From NCBI GenBank assembly GCA_013375475.1, contig JABXKD010000019.1, positions 1 through 47,854 on the forward strand: a DNA stretch of 47,854 bases. The letters run 5' to 3'. The translations under genes were made by a program, and so were the position numbers. This stretch comes from Promethearchaeota archaeon. GTDB lineage: Archaea; Asgardarchaeota; Lokiarchaeia; Sigyniarchaeales; SOKP01. The notes under the pieces are model-generated. The model saw only the letters and a program-made list of their open reading frames with translations, did no database searches and was not told the DNA's origin. Below are positions 47,501 through 47,854 of the stretch, one piece after another (positions within the stretch are counted from its first letter, which is position 1; every line of letters begins with the position of its first letter).

Positions 47501-47854
47501 ATGGTAAAAATAAGAGTTACAACCCCTTGTAGAATCCACCTTTCATTAATTGATGAAAATGGATACACCGGTCGAGTTGATGGCGGAATCGGTCTTATGC
47601 TAGATCGACCTAATGTAATATTTGAAGCAACAAATCATGCTGAAAAATTCAAAATTGAAGCTCATAAGTATTATCGCGAATCAATAGAAGTAATTAACGA
47701 GCAAGCATCTAAAATTTTCAAGGCATTCAACATTAACAATAAGAATTTCCATTTTAGCCTAAAAAGATATTTTCCAAGTCATGTAGGACTAGGATCAAAA
47801 ACACAATTATCCTTGGCTATTGCTGTAGCGATTACTAAATTGAAAAACATTAAT
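47501..47854 (+). CDS. Beta-ribofuranosylaminobenzene 5'-phosphate synthase (GHMP fold), partial
   Basis: Not in the ORF track. Manual translation gives MVKIRVTTPCRIHLSLIDENGYTGRVDGGIG...FPSHVGLGSKTQLSLAIA; runs off the right edge. Confidence 0.85.
   Translation, partial: MVKIRVTTPCRIHLSLIDENGYTGRVDGGIGLMLDRPNVIFEATNHAEKFKIEAHKYYRESIEVINEQASKIFKAFNINNKNFHFSLKRYFPSHVGLGSKTQLSLAIAVAITKLKNIN

Overview
AT-rich, gene-dense archaeal chromosomal segment, most consistent with an Asgard archaeon of the Lokiarchaeia type. This is an inference from the archaeal ether-lipid genes, archaeal uS2, beta-RFAP synthase, longin-like, SCP2 and 7-TM proteins, TATA boxes and oligo-T terminators. Contents, left to right: a membrane-protein/ABC-exporter cluster; a longin-like and 7-TM divergent pair; aroK/aroE/tyrA; tmk; two membrane-embedded M28 peptidases; LeuC/LeuD-type aconitase subunits; rps2; a CooC-like ATPase; a radical SAM + DUF4130 DNA modification/repair pair; a ThDP enzyme with IolD-like signatures plus a glutamine synthetase; two orphan adenine methyltransferases; ilvD; DDAH; two convergent Gfo/Idh/MocA paralogs; SCP2; a GH3 glucosidase; a lipid operon (CTP-dependent kinase, GGR, GGGP synthase, DGGGP synthase); PadR with two HAAS-type membrane proteins; an AIR-synthase-like protein; larE; feoAB; and a partial beta-RFAP synthase. 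No rRNA, tRNA, CRISPR or transposase was seen. Best leads: (1) both partners of the radical SAM/DUF4130 pair end in PCNA-binding-like motifs; (2) a possible glycolipid/isoprenoid salvage module attached to the ether-lipid operon; (3) three palindromic operator sites spaced exactly 50 bp apart; (4) three coding segments missed or truncated by the ORF track (a disrupted FixX-like ferredoxin, a frameshifted 77-codon gene, and an ATA-initiated peptidase N-terminus). All family assignments come from motif recognition, not database searches.
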